Assembly (NCBI GenBank): GCA_963768655.1
Contig: CAVYIM010000007.1
Coordinates: 201,597 to 265,596, forward strand
Length of the DNA stretch: 64,000 nucleotides
Direction: 5' to 3'
From: an uncultured Chloroflexia bacterium
GTDB lineage: Bacteria > Chloroflexota > Limnocylindria > Limnocylindrales > CSP1-4
Below are positions 18,543 to 28,609 of this stretch, piece by piece. A program made the translations under genes and the position numbers. Positions within the stretch are counted from its first letter, which is position 1. Each line of letters starts with the position of its first letter. The notes under the pieces were generated by a model that was given only the letters and a program-made list of their open reading frames with translations, was not told where the DNA came from and did not search any database.

Positions 18543-19690
18543 GCGCGTCGACCGAACGGCCGGCCGAACAGGCAGCCAGCCAGCCGCTCCCAACCTACGT
18601 CTGGGAGCCCACGACGGACTTCCTCGCGGCCAAGTACGGGCTGCCGCGCGAGTCGATCGTGCAATTCGACGTGAATACCTCGCCGGTTCCGCCCGACCTT
18701 CGCGATGTCCTGGCCGGCCCATTCGACCCGCCGCTGTCGGAGTACCCGCCGAGTGACTATGCCGGACTCGTGGCCGCAGCCGCCGAGTCCTACGGCGTCG
18801 CTCCGGACGAGATCCTGCCCACGGCCGGCGCCGACGAGGCCCTGGACCTCACGGCTCGGGCGTTTCTGCGCGAGGGCTCGGTCGCGGTAGGCGCGGTGCC
18901 CACGTATGCGATGTACCAGATCGTGACCGAGCAACGCGGCGCGCGGTTCCGATCCGTCTCGCGGCTGCCCGCGGATGCCGGGTTCGAGCTGGACATGCCG
19001 GCGCTCGCCGAGGCAGCACGCGGCGCGGACCTGGTATGGCTGTGCGAGCCCAACAACCCCACCGGCACAGCGGAGCCGCCGGAGCGTATTGCCGAACTGC
19101 TCGACCTGCTGGCGACGGACGCGACCCGAGAAGGACGGCCCGCCCCGGCGGTGGCCGTAGACGAGGCCTACGCCGAGTTCGTCGGCCGCTCGGTGCTGCC
19201 GCTCCGGGCCCGGTATCAAGGTCTGGTCGTCGTCCGGACGCTGAGCAAGGCGCACGCTCTGGCCGGGGCCCGCGTGGGCTTCGCTGTGGCGCGGCCCGAA
19301 ACACTGGCACCGATCCTGTCGTATCGCGCTCCGGCCTCGGTCGCGACGGTTTCGGCGGCCCTCGCGACTGCCGCCCTGCGCCGCCCCGACCTGGCCGTGG
19401 CGAACGTCGCCCGGATCGCGGGGCAGCGTGCCCGCCTCATCGGGGAGCTGACCCGCCTCGGCTGGCGTCCGTATCCCTCGCAGGCCAGCTTCATCCTGGT
19501 CCGCTTCGGCTCTGTGGAGATCGCGGCGCAAGCCGCCGAGTCGCTGCTGCGCCGGGGCCTCGTCCCGCGGACCTTCGGCCCCGATCATCCGCTGGCCGAC
19601 TGTCTCCGCCTGACCGTTCGGTCGGTCCAGGAGAACGACCGTCTGATCCGCGCCGCGAAGGAGATATCACCGAGGGAGATACCGGCATGA
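18539..19690 (+). CDS. hisC: Histidinol-phosphate aminotransferase
   Basis: GADEAL, PNNPTG, VDEAYAEF, RTLSKAHALAGARVG. Confidence 0.95.
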   Translation: MSASTERPAEQAASQPLPTYVWEPTTDFLAAKYGLPRESIVQFDVNTSPVPPDLRDVLAGPFDPPLSEYPPSDYAGLVAAAAESYGVAPDEILPTAGADEALDLTARAFLREGSVAVGAVPTYAMYQIVTEQRGARFRSVSRLPADAGFELDMPALAEAARGADLVWLCEPNNPTGTAEPPERIAELLDLLATDATREGRPAPAVAVDEAYAEFVGRSVLPLRARYQGLVVVRTLSKAHALAGARVGFAVARPETLAPILSYRAPASVATVSAALATAALRRPDLAVANVARIAGQRARLIGELTRLGWRPYPSQASFILVRFGSVEIAAQAAESLLRRGLVPRTFGPDHPLADCLRLTVRSVQENDRLIRAAKEISPREIPA

Positions 19691-20307
19691 GCAACCAGAT
19701 CGGCACCGTGGTCGAATCGGGCGATCGGTGGGCCACGGTGGCCCGCGCCACGCGCGAGACTCAGATCACCGTCACCCTGCGACTCGACGGAACCGGCGAG
19801 AGCAAGATCTCGACCGGCGTCGGTTTCTACGACCATCTGCTGCACTCGCTCGCCCACCATGCGCTCTTCGACCTCGACGTCGACGCCACCGGCGATCTGG
19901 CGATAGACGAGCACCACACGGTCGAGGACGTGGCGCTGGTCCTGGGCGCCGCGCTCGCGCAAGCCCTGGGCGACCGCTCCGGCATCGTCCGCTTCGGCGA
20001 TGCGGCCGTGCCCATGGACGAGGCGGTGGCCACGGCCGTGGTCGACGTCGGCGGACGCCCCTACGCCGTCGTCGACCTGCCGTTCAGGGGCAAGCGTGTC
20101 GGCAAGCTGCCGCTGCAGCTGATCGAGCACGTCCTTGCGTCGTTCGCCCGCGCGGGTGGGGTCACGCTCCACGTTACGGGCAGAGGTCGCAACGATCATC
20201 ACCTGGCAGAGGCGGCGTTCAAGGCGCTGGGCCGATCGCTGCGCGCCGCGTGCGCCGTCGATCCACGCCGCGCCGGCGTCGCCTCAACGAAGGGGTCTCT
20301 GGGCTGA
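19687..20307 (+). CDS. hisB: Imidazoleglycerol-phosphate dehydratase
   Basis: RATRETQI, STGVGFYDHLL, DEHHTVED, PMDEA, NDHHLAEAAFKALG. Confidence 0.97.
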   Translation: MSNQIGTVVESGDRWATVARATRETQITVTLRLDGTGESKISTGVGFYDHLLHSLAHHALFDLDVDATGDLAIDEHHTVEDVALVLGAALAQALGDRSGIVRFGDAAVPMDEAVATAVVDVGGRPYAVVDLPFRGKRVGKLPLQLIEHVLASFARAGGVTLHVTGRGRNDHHLAEAAFKALGRSLRAACAVDPRRAGVASTKGSLG

Positions 20308-21002
20308 TGGCCACCGGCCAACCGACCGTGGCGGTCCTCGACTACGGTGCCGCGAACATGGTCAGCATCGGCCAGGCGCTCGTGACTGCGGGCGCTCGGG
20401 TGGTCGTGGCCGTCGACGCGGCCGGGCTTGACGGAGTCGACGCGATCGTTGTCCCGGGCGTTGGAGCGGCCGCCCCGGCCATGGCTCATCTGCGCGAGGC
20501 GGGGCTGCTGGAGCCGTTGCGCGATTGGGTTCGGGCGGGCCGTCCGTGCCTGGGTATCTGCCTGGGCTATCAGCTCTTCTTCGAGCGAAGTTCCGAAGGC
20601 GGCGCCGAGACGCTGGGTCTTCTGGCCGGACGGACGATTGGCCTCGAAGGTGCGCCAACGTTGCCCCATATCGGCTGGAACACCGTCGACCTGACCCGGC
20701 AGCACCCTCTCTTCGACGGCATCGCGGATGGGTCGCACTTCTATTTCGTGCATTCGTTCGCGCCGGTGCCGGAGGACGAGAGCGTCGTCGTCGCCCGCAC
20801 GACGCACGGTGGCACCTTCGTGAGCGCTGTCGCAGCAGGCTCGCTGTACGGGCTTCAGTTCCATCCTGAGAAGTCCGCCGAGACCGGCCAGCGGCTGCTC
20901 GCCAACTTCCTGCGGCTGGTCTCCACGAGCGATGGCGAGGCGGGCGCGGGTCGCGCCACGACCGCGGCTTCCGCCGGCTCGGCCGCGTCGGGAGTGGCGT
21001 GA
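20307..21002 (+). CDS. hisH: Imidazole glycerol phosphate synthase, glutaminase subunit
   Basis: [39 protein letters not shown]. Confidence 0.96.
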   Translation: MATGQPTVAVLDYGAANMVSIGQALVTAGARVVVAVDAAGLDGVDAIVVPGVGAAAPAMAHLREAGLLEPLRDWVRAGRPCLGICLGYQLFFERSSEGGAETLGLLAGRTIGLEGAPTLPHIGWNTVDLTRQHPLFDGIADGSHFYFVHSFAPVPEDESVVVARTTHGGTFVSAVAAGSLYGLQFHPEKSAETGQRLLANFLRLVSTSDGEAGAGRATTAASAGSAASGVA

Positions 21003-21805
21003 TGCTTGCCCGCCGAGTCATCCCCTGCCTTGACGTGGCCAACGGCCGCGTTGTGAAGGGCACCAGGTTCGTGGATCTCACCGACGAGGGCGACCCGGCC
21101 GAGCTGGCGGAGCGCTACGCCCGGGAAGGTGCGGACGAGATCGTCTTCCTCGACATCGCCGCCGCTCCTGAGGGCCGTGGCACCATGCTGGAGGTCGTTC
21201 GGCGAACGGCCAGCCGGGCATTCGTGCCAGTCACGGTAGGCGGCGGTGTCCGCAGCGTGGGCGAGATGCGCGACGTACTACGCGCCGGCGCGGACAAGGT
21301 TTCGTTCAACACGGCTGCGGTGGCCCAGCCGGATCTGCTCACGGCCTGTGCGCGGCGCTTTGGCAGCCAGGCGGTGGTCTGCGCGATCGACGCCCGGCGC
21401 CTGCCGGAATCCTCGGGAGCGCGGCTCGAGACGGCGGTTGGCTGGGAGGTCGTCACGCACGGAGGTCGAACGCCTGCCGGCCTGGATGCCGTCGAGTGGG
21501 CACGGCGGGCGGTCGAGCTTGGCGCCGGCGAACTGCTCGTCACCTCGATGGACCGCGACGGCACGCGGAGCGGCTTCGACACGGAACTGTTGAGGGCCAT
21601 CTCTTCTCGAGTGCGCGTGCCGGTGATCGCATCAGGTGGCGCATCCGGCCCGGAGGATTTCGTGGCCGCCGTCCGGGACGGGGGCGCCGACGCCGTGCTC
21701 GCGGCCTCGGTCTTTCACAGACGGATCTACTCGATCGACTCGGTCAAGAAGGCCATGGCCGCGGCCGGGTTGCCGGTCCGGCCCGTTCGGGAGGCCGCCG
21801 CATGA
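21002..21805 (+). CDS. hisF: Imidazole glycerol phosphate synthase, cyclase subunit
   Basis: [45 protein letters not shown]. Confidence 0.97.
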   Translation: MLARRVIPCLDVANGRVVKGTRFVDLTDEGDPAELAERYAREGADEIVFLDIAAAPEGRGTMLEVVRRTASRAFVPVTVGGGVRSVGEMRDVLRAGADKVSFNTAAVAQPDLLTACARRFGSQAVVCAIDARRLPESSGARLETAVGWEVVTHGGRTPAGLDAVEWARRAVELGAGELLVTSMDRDGTRSGFDTELLRAISSRVRVPVIASGGASGPEDFVAAVRDGGADAVLAASVFHRRIYSIDSVKKAMAAAGLPVRPVREAAA

Positions 21806-22491
21806 CAGCCAGACGGGCGCTCGAAGAACTGATTTCGTGGGGGCCGAGCGGCCTCGTGCCGGCGGTGGTTCAGGACGTCGCCGACGGCCGCGTCCTGATG
21901 GTCGCCTATATGGACGCCGAAGCGCTCGCCGCGACGATGACCAGCGACGAGGTGCACTTCCACTCGCGCTCCCGCGACCGCCTCTGGCGCAAGGGCGAAA
22001 CCAGCGGCAACGTGCTGCGCCTGGTCGACGTCGACCTCGATTGCGACGGCGACGCGCTGCTGATCCAGGTGCAGCCCGTCGGGCCGACCTGCCACCGCGG
22101 CACGCGTAGCTGCTTCGACCCGGCCGACGGCGAGGCCGGCAGGCGTCCTCTCGGCCCCAACGCGCCCGGCATCCAGGGCTTCGCCTGGCTCGAAACGCTC
22201 TGGTCCACGATCGACGCCCGCGCCGCCGCCGACCCGGCCGCGTCCTATACGGCCCGCCTGCTGGCCGCTGGCGTCGACGGTCCGGCGCGCAAGATCGCCG
22301 AAGAGGCCACCGAAGTGCTGATGGCGGCCAAGGACGACGCCTCGGCCCCTGCCGACCGCCGGGACGCGACGCGTGCGGCGCTTGCCGGCGAGGTGGCGGA
22401 TCTCCTCTATCACACCCTGGTGCTGCTGAGAGAACGAGGGCTGGAGCCGGCGGCGGTCGTCGGCCGCCTCCGTGAACGCCACAAGCCGTAG
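21802..22491 (+). CDS. hisIE: Bifunctional PR-AMP cyclohydrolase / PR-ATP pyrophosphatase
   Basis: [50 protein letters not shown]. Confidence 0.96.
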   Translation: MTARRALEELISWGPSGLVPAVVQDVADGRVLMVAYMDAEALAATMTSDEVHFHSRSRDRLWRKGETSGNVLRLVDVDLDCDGDALLIQVQPVGPTCHRGTRSCFDPADGEAGRRPLGPNAPGIQGFAWLETLWSTIDARAAADPAASYTARLLAAGVDGPARKIAEEATEVLMAAKDDASAPADRRDATRAALAGEVADLLYHTLVLLRERGLEPAAVVGRLRERHKP

Positions 22492-22513
22492 GCGCGCCGT
22501 CCACGACCGATCT

Positions 22514-23836
22514 TCAGCTCTTCAGTCGGCCGATCCGAAGGGCCTTCTTGCCCATCCGCACCACGAGGTAGCGGCCATCGATCGGTGAGGGCACGGCGTC
22601 CTCCGGCGCGCCGACGCGCTGGTCGTTGATCGACAGCCCGCCCTGCGAGATCGCCCGGCGAGCCTCCCCGTTGGAGGTGAACAGACCGCTCACGACCGCC
22701 AGCGCCAACGCCCCGCCGGCGAGGTCCCCGGGGGTGTACTCAAAGTGGTCGATGGCCTCGAACAGGCCGGCCAGCAGCTCCGGGTCGCGGATCGGCTCCT
22801 TCGAGAAGGCGGCTTCGCTGATGCGGACCGCCTTCCTGGCGTCCTCGTCGCCGTGGACGCGCGCCGTCAGGTCGTAGCCCATCGCCTTCTGGGCTACGCG
22901 CGTCTCGGGGTGCGCGGCTTGCTGGGCCTCGAGATCCTCGACCTTGGCCCGATCGAAGAGGGTGAACCAGCGCAGGTACAGGCCGATGTCCCGGTCGTCC
23001 GCATCGAGCCAGTACTGGTAGAACTGGTAGGGGCTGGTCTTGCCGGGATCGAGCCAGACGCTCGTCCCTGCGGCGGTCTTGCCGAACTTGGCGCCGCTCT
23101 CGTTGGTCAGAAGCGGGTACGAGAGCCCGTACGCCAGGTCCTGCGCCTCCCCGGTGCCGAACTCCTTGCGGATCAGCTCCAGGCCCGCGGTGATGTTGCC
23201 CCACTGGTCGGCGCCGCCCATCTGCATCTCCACGCCGCCGGTGCGGTAGAGGTGCAGGAAGTCTGCCGCCTGGAGGAGCATGTAGCTGAACTCCGTGAAG
23301 CTCAGGCCCTGGTCGAGGCGGATCTGGACGGAATCCTTGGCCAGCATGTAGGGCACGGTCAGCTGCTTGCCGATGTCCCGCAGAAACCGCAGCAGCGAGT
23401 ACGAGCTCAGCCATTCGTAGTTATCGACCAGCTCGGCGCCGTTGGGACCGTCGAAGTCAAGGAGCCGGGAGAGCTGGCCCTGGATCCCGACGATGTTCTC
23501 TTCGACCGTCGCCCGACTCAACAACAGCCGCTCGGACGATCTCCCCGACGGATCGCCGATCATCGCCGTCCCGCCGCCCACGACGATCACAGGCGTGCCG
23601 CCGGCGCGCTGCAGGTGGAGCATCCCGAAGATCGGCACCAGGCTGCCGATGTGGAGCGAAGTCCCGGTGGGATCGAAGCCGTTGTAGCCCTTGATGGGAA
23701 CGCCGGTCGCGAGCCGTTCGGCCAGGCCGCTGCTGTGCTGGTGCAGCATTCCCCGCCAGCGCAGCTCGTCGAGCAGACCGGCCAGGCCGGTAGCGCTCCC
23801 AGACCCTCGTCCGCCACTCCTGTCAGCTGCCGTCAT
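22514..23836 (-). CDS. tyrS: Tyrosine--tRNA ligase
   Basis: YNGFDPTGTSLHIG, GDPSGR, EFSYMLLQAADF, GGADQWGNI, KFGKT, C-terminal S4-like domain. Confidence 0.97.
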   Translation of the reverse strand: MTAADRSGGRGSGSATGLAGLLDELRWRGMLHQHSSGLAERLATGVPIKGYNGFDPTGTSLHIGSLVPIFGMLHLQRAGGTPVIVVGGGTAMIGDPSGRSSERLLLSRATVEENIVGIQGQLSRLLDFDGPNGAELVDNYEWLSSYSLLRFLRDIGKQLTVPYMLAKDSVQIRLDQGLSFTEFSYMLLQAADFLHLYRTGGVEMQMGGADQWGNITAGLELIRKEFGTGEAQDLAYGLSYPLLTNESGAKFGKTAAGTSVWLDPGKTSPYQFYQYWLDADDRDIGLYLRWFTLFDRAKVEDLEAQQAAHPETRVAQKAMGYDLTARVHGDEDARKAVRISEAAFSKEPIRDPELLAGLFEAIDHFEYTPGDLAGGALALAVVSGLFTSNGEARRAISQGGLSINDQRVGAPEDAVPSPIDGRYLVVRMGKKALRIGRLKS

Positions 23837-23948
23837 CGCCAGACCCGCTCCTAACTTGCGTCACAGGCTTCGCCGTCGGCCCGTCCGAAGGCCCGGCGGT
23901 CGGGGGTGCGATGACCGCCTTCGCACGTATGCTATCTTGCGAGCCGCC

Positions 23949-26909
23949 ATGCAGACCAGCCTCGCCCGACGCCAACGCCGTCGCCGCAACGGCCGGGGAG
24001 CTTCCCGCGGGGGGGCCGTCAGCCGTTTCGCCCTGATTCTCCCGATGATCCTTCTCGGGGTCATGGTCTTGATCGGGGCGGTCGGCTTCGTCGGGGCAGT
24101 GGATATCTATGCCACCTACAGCCGCGATCTGCAGGATCCCAGGCAGCTCCTGCAAAGCATCAACTTCAGCCAGCCGACGGTCCTCTACGACAAGACGGGA
24201 CAGTATTCACTCGCCTCGTACGGGACCGAGAATCGCCGCGTCCTCACGTTCGACGAGATTCCAGACGTCGTTCTCGACGCGACCACCAGCGCCGAAGACA
24301 AGACCTTCTGGACGAACGAAGGCTTCGACCCGGCCGCCGTCCTGTCGGCATTCCGCGACGCCCTCTCTGGTGCCCCCAGAGGAGCCTCGACGATCACCCA
24401 GCAACTCGTCAGAGCGGAACTCCTCCCGCCGACCACGAGCCTCGTGGACCGCAAGATCAAGGAGATCATCCAGTCGGTGAAGCTCACCCAGGAATTCCCG
24501 GGCGTGCAGGGCAAGGAAACGATCATCACCGACTATCTCAACCTGAACTTCTACGGAAATGAAAGTTACGGCATCGCCGCGGCCGCCGAGGGGTATTTCG
24601 GCATCACCGATCTCAGCCAGCTGACGATCGCCCAGAGCGTGATCCTCGCCGCCTTGCTACAAGCCCCGACCGCCTACGACCTGATTCAGAACGCGGTGCA
24701 GCAGCCGGACGGCACCTGGGTTGTCCCGGCGGATTCCGAGATCGTCCAGCGCCGCAACCTGATCCTCGAGGACATGCGCCAGAACCAGCTGGATGGCCTG
24801 TTGCGCGGGACCTACAAGGACGCGGATATTCTCGCGGCCGAGTCTGAGCCGGTGGTCGTTCATCCTCAGCCGCAGAGCCGGTTGATAGCCCCGCAATTCG
24901 ACGAGCAGGTTCGCGAACAGCTCGCGGCCCTGCTATGCGGCCCCGGAGTCGACCCGTCTGACTGCGAGAAGGTGGACACCGGCGGTTACAAAGTGGTTAC
25001 GACGCTCGACACAACGATGCAGGATTCGGCCGAGAAGTGGCTCGAGGCCTACATCCTGGCCCCGAATCAGGGCTCCAAGCAGGCCGCGATAACCTACCTC
25101 GCGGGGATTGGTATCACGGCCCAGTCTGACCCGTACGACTACTACCGAATAGTCGGGCCGCAGCCGTCGACCGGCCTGGCCACCGGTTTGCTCAATGCCA
25201 ACATGCACAACGGGGCGCTGATGGCGGTCGACTACCGGACCGGCGAGGTGCTCGCCTACGCGGGCAGCGCCGGGTTTTATGAGACGCCGGTGCCGGACCC
25301 GACCAAGCCGGGGCAGAACCTGTTCGATCCGCAGTTCGACGTCCTGAGCAATGGCTACCGCCAGCCGGGCTCCTCGTTCAAGCCCATCAACTACATCGTC
25401 GGTCTTCAGGACAAGACAATGACGGCGGCGTCGCTGTTCATGGACGTAGCCACCAACTTCGGCGGCGGCTATACGCCCCATGACGCCGACAACTATGAGC
25501 GCGGTCCGGTCCGCATGCGCGAGGCCCTCCAATACTCGCTCAACATCCCGGCGGTCAAGGCCGCCTCGATCAACGGGGTGGACCACTTGATGCAGCGCGC
25601 CGAGGACTTCGGGCTGTCCTTCCCCGCGAACTCGAACCCAGGCGTGTCGATCGGCATTGGCACGCTCGAGGTACGGCCGGCCGACCTGGTGTCCGCGTAC
25701 GGCGCCATCGCCGACGCAGGAACCCTGGTGCAGCGCTCGATGATCCTGTCTGTCACGGATTCGCAGGGCAACGTCATCTGGTCACTGAAGAACGACCCGC
25801 CGCCCACTACGCATCCGACGACGCCGCAGGCCGCCTACATCATGACCGACATGCTGAAGGGCAACACCGATCCAAGCCAGAACAACTGGTGGAGCCAGTA
25901 CAAGCTGTACGACAACGGCCGGCGCGTCGCCGCCCTCAAGACCGGAACCTCCGACCAGACCCAGGATCTGTTCGCGGTCGGCTACGTGGCGCCGCCCACC
26001 GATCCGAACGCACCGGCAATTGTCGCGGGGGTGTGGGCGGGGAACAGCGACGATGCGCCCGGCAGGAGCGTGATGTCCCTGGAGCTGGCTGCGCCGATCT
26101 GGCATGGGTTCATGCAGGACGTCACCACGGGTACACCCAAGACGGACTTCCAGCAGCCCGGAGGCCTGACCTGGGCCAACGTCGACGCGTACAGCGGAAT
26201 GCTGCCGGGCCCCTACTCCGCCAAGACCGTGCGAGAGGTCTTCATCAACGGCACGGTGCCGACCCAGGTCGACGACACCAAGGTCCCGATGGACATCGAC
26301 ACGGTCACGAACACGCTGTGGACGTACGACTGCCCGGGTGTCGAGGACACGAGGGGGTTCCTGAACTTGAGCCAGGTCGACGCCGGCAACGCCAACTTCC
26401 AGTACTACGACCAGATCTGGATACAGCGAGCCATGACCGGCGTCGGTAAGAGGGGCGGCCCCAACAACGGCGAGACCATGTACTTCTACCAGACCGGCTT
26501 CTGGACCCCGTATGGGAACACATGGGGCGCGCCGTTCCCGCCCACGACGTACTGCACCTCCAACACCGGGACACCGCCGCCGACGCCGAGCTTCAGTCCA
26601 ACGACGCCGCCCACGCCGACCGCGCCGCCGACACCCACGCCGACGCCCGCGCCGACCATGGGGCCTACGCCTACGCCGCCGCCTACACCGACACCGGCGC
26701 CGACCGCGGCTCCAACTCCCACGCCGACGCCCACTGGGACTCCGACGCCGGCACCCGCGCCGCCATCGCCGGCCACGTCCGCCCTGATGTTCCCGTGGTT
26801 CGCGCTCGTTTCGCTCTTCGGCCGAAAGGGTCGGACGCTCCGGGGCCGCCTCTCACGAGCGTCGAAGCAGAGTCCTCGCGAGATCGGTCGCGATCGCCAG
26901 CTCAGGTAG
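23949..26909 (+). CDS. Class A penicillin-binding protein (transglycosylase + transpeptidase)
   Basis: N-terminal TM; AEDKTF, GASTITQQL, RKIKE, YLN; SxxK (GSSFK), SLN, KTGT; extended -10 TGcTATCTT at 23930-23938. Confidence 0.92.
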   Translation: MQTSLARRQRRRRNGRGASRGGAVSRFALILPMILLGVMVLIGAVGFVGAVDIYATYSRDLQDPRQLLQSINFSQPTVLYDKTGQYSLASYGTENRRVLTFDEIPDVVLDATTSAEDKTFWTNEGFDPAAVLSAFRDALSGAPRGASTITQQLVRAELLPPTTSLVDRKIKEIIQSVKLTQEFPGVQGKETIITDYLNLNFYGNESYGIAAAAEGYFGITDLSQLTIAQSVILAALLQAPTAYDLIQNAVQQPDGTWVVPADSEIVQRRNLILEDMRQNQLDGLLRGTYKDADILAAESEPVVVHPQPQSRLIAPQFDEQVREQLAALLCGPGVDPSDCEKVDTGGYKVVTTLDTTMQDSAEKWLEAYILAPNQGSKQAAITYLAGIGITAQSDPYDYYRIVGPQPSTGLATGLLNANMHNGALMAVDYRTGEVLAYAGSAGFYETPVPDPTKPGQNLFDPQFDVLSNGYRQPGSSFKPINYIVGLQDKTMTAASLFMDVATNFGGGYTPHDADNYERGPVRMREALQYSLNIPAVKAASINGVDHLMQRAEDFGLSFPANSNPGVSIGIGTLEVRPADLVSAYGAIADAGTLVQRSMILSVTDSQGNVIWSLKNDPPPTTHPTTPQAAYIMTDMLKGNTDPSQNNWWSQYKLYDNGRRVAALKTGTSDQTQDLFAVGYVAPPTDPNAPAIVAGVWAGNSDDAPGRSVMSLELAAPIWHGFMQDVTTGTPKTDFQQPGGLTWANVDAYSGMLPGPYSAKTVREVFINGTVPTQVDDTKVPMDIDTVTNTLWTYDCPGVEDTRGFLNLSQVDAGNANFQYYDQIWIQRAMTGVGKRGGPNNGETMYFYQTGFWTPYGNTWGAPFPPTTYCTSNTGTPPPTPSFSPTTPPTPTAPPTPTPTPAPTMGPTPTPPPTPTPAPTAAPTPTPTPTGTPTPAPAPPSPATSALMFPWFALVSLFGRKGRTLRGRLSRASKQSPREIGRDRQLR
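26571..26771 (+). repeat. Pro/Thr low-complexity linker (ccgacg-type tandem codons) in the PBP C-terminus
   Basis: Encodes TPPPTPS...PTPTPAP; a similar linker occurs at about 39280-39430. Confidence 0.8.
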
Positions 26910-28487
26910 ACGCAGGATGCGGCTCCAAACGAGGTAGACTCCCGCGCCGGCGAGGCAGGCCGCCCCAAGCTCGAGGACGAGGGCCGGGAACCACGTCGAG
27001 CCGTGGGTCAGGCTGCTGACAAACCGGTCCGTCGCGAGTGCCCCTGCGGCCGTGAGCGACGCTCCCGGAATGGCGAAGGCCACAGTCAGACCGAGCGGTC
27101 GAAGATCGAAGCCCGGGCGGCGCCGCATGAAGTAGAACAGCATCGAGACTTCTGCCCACGCCCCGATGCCGATGGCCAGCGCCAGGCCTCCGAGCCCGAA
27201 ATACGGGAAGAGCACTGCCGCTGCAACGACATCGATCGCGACGGCCAGCAGCGCCGCCGTTACCGGAGTGCGTGTGTCCTTGCCCGCGTAGAAGATCGGG
27301 GCGAGGAGCGAGATGAGCACGTGGGCGACCAGCCCGAGCAGGAAGACGACGAAGACCGGCACCGCTATCGACGTCTCCTCCGGCGTGAAGATGCCGTGCT
27401 GGAACAAGAGGGTCAGTGTCGGCGTCGCGAGCACGATCATCAGCCCGGTGAGCGGAACGACCACGTACAGCGTCAGTCGCAGAGCCTGATCCACCAGCCG
27501 GCCGAAGCGCTCCCTGTCGCCCTTCGCAATAGCCTGAGACAGTGGAGGCAGCAGCACGATCCCAAGCGGCACACCTATCAGGCCGACGGGGATCTGAAGG
27601 GCCGTGAAGGCATATGTGTAGATGTCGATGCCGTTGATCTGCTGGCCCCCGAGGTTGGTGAGCTGGAACGCGAAGAAGGTGTTCACCAGGAAGACGATCT
27701 GTGTCACGCCGAGCCCGAGCGCCCGCGGCGCCATGAGTTTGAGCGTCTCTTTGACCGCGGGATCGTGCACATCCAGCACGAGGCCGTACAGGCCCTGCTT
27801 GCGAACGGCGTAGGTCTGGATTCCCATGTGCCCGGCTGCCCCCAGCACCACGCCCGCCGCAAGTCCCTGGATGCCCATGAAGGGCGTCAACGCGACCGTG
27901 GCCCCGATGATCACGAGGTTGTATACGTTGGGCGCCAGTGCTGGGGCACCGAAGATGCCGGACGCGTTGAGGCCGGCGGTGAAGGCCGCCGCCAGCGCAA
28001 GGAAGATCGGCGAGATCAGCATCCAGCGCGTCAGGTCGATCTCGAGGGCGATTTCCGCCGGGTCGTTGCTGGGACCGATGATCGGCACGATCAGCGGCGC
28101 TGCCAGCCACACCAGCACCGCCAGCGGCACCAGGGCCATGACCATCAGATTGGCGATCGTGGCCACCAGACGGCGAGCGCGGCGATCCTCGCCATTGGCC
28201 AGGAGTGCGGAGGCTACGGGTACCAGCGCGGAGCCGACTGCGCCGGCGGCGACGAGCTGGAACAGGGTATCTGGGATGCGGAAAGCCACGTAGAACGCCG
28301 CGATCTGCGGTCCGGCGCCGTACTGGGCGGCGAACACGGCAACCCTGACCCAGCCCAGCAGACGAGAGACGAAGACCCCGGCCACGACGACCATTCCGGC
28401 CAAAGCGATGGCGCGACCGCCGAGCCGGGCAGCGGACGCTTCGGAAAGGCCGGGAGTGGCCGGATTCGTCGGGTCGCCGGCGAGCAC
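26853..28487 (-). CDS. murJ: Lipid II flippase MurJ (MviN)
   Basis: SRLLGWVR, AFRIPDTL, ALGLGVTQIVFLVN, GLIGVPLG, FYAGKDTRTP; start approximate; 3' end overlaps the PBP 3' end by 57 nt. Confidence 0.92.
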   Translation of the reverse strand: MLAGDPTNPATPGLSEASAARLGGRAIALAGMVVVAGVFVSRLLGWVRVAVFAAQYGAGPQIAAFYVAFRIPDTLFQLVAAGAVGSALVPVASALLANGEDRRARRLVATIANLMVMALVPLAVLVWLAAPLIVPIIGPSNDPAEIALEIDLTRWMLISPIFLALAAAFTAGLNASGIFGAPALAPNVYNLVIIGATVALTPFMGIQGLAAGVVLGAAGHMGIQTYAVRKQGLYGLVLDVHDPAVKETLKLMAPRALGLGVTQIVFLVNTFFAFQLTNLGGQQINGIDIYTYAFTALQIPVGLIGVPLGIVLLPPLSQAIAKGDRERFGRLVDQALRLTLYVVVPLTGLMIVLATPTLTLLFQHGIFTPEETSIAVPVFVVFLLGLVAHVLISLLAPIFYAGKDTRTPVTAALLAVAIDVVAAAVLFPYFGLGGLALAIGIGAWAEVSMLFYFMRRRPGFDLRPLGLTVAFAIPGASLTAAGALATDRFVSSLTHGSTWFPALVLELGAACLAGAGVYLVWSRILRLPELAIATDLARTLLRRS

Positions 28488-28609
28488 GGCGTCACCCGCG
28501 GCGACCTCGCGGGCGGGCTGAAGCGCTCGGCGCGGCTGCCATTCGTCGTGGCGTGGCGAGCTCAGTCGCTGGCTACCCGGAACGTGGCGGGAGGGCCGGC
28601 GATGGCCGC

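Noticed and set aside
23837-23948. T-box upstream of tyrS
   Set aside because: Only 112 nt and no GGTGGNACC motif, unlike pheS and thrS.
26571-26771. Short tandem repeats as a possible CRISPR or VNTR array
   Set aside because: In-frame coding low-complexity linker; no constant repeat with unique spacers and no cas genes.
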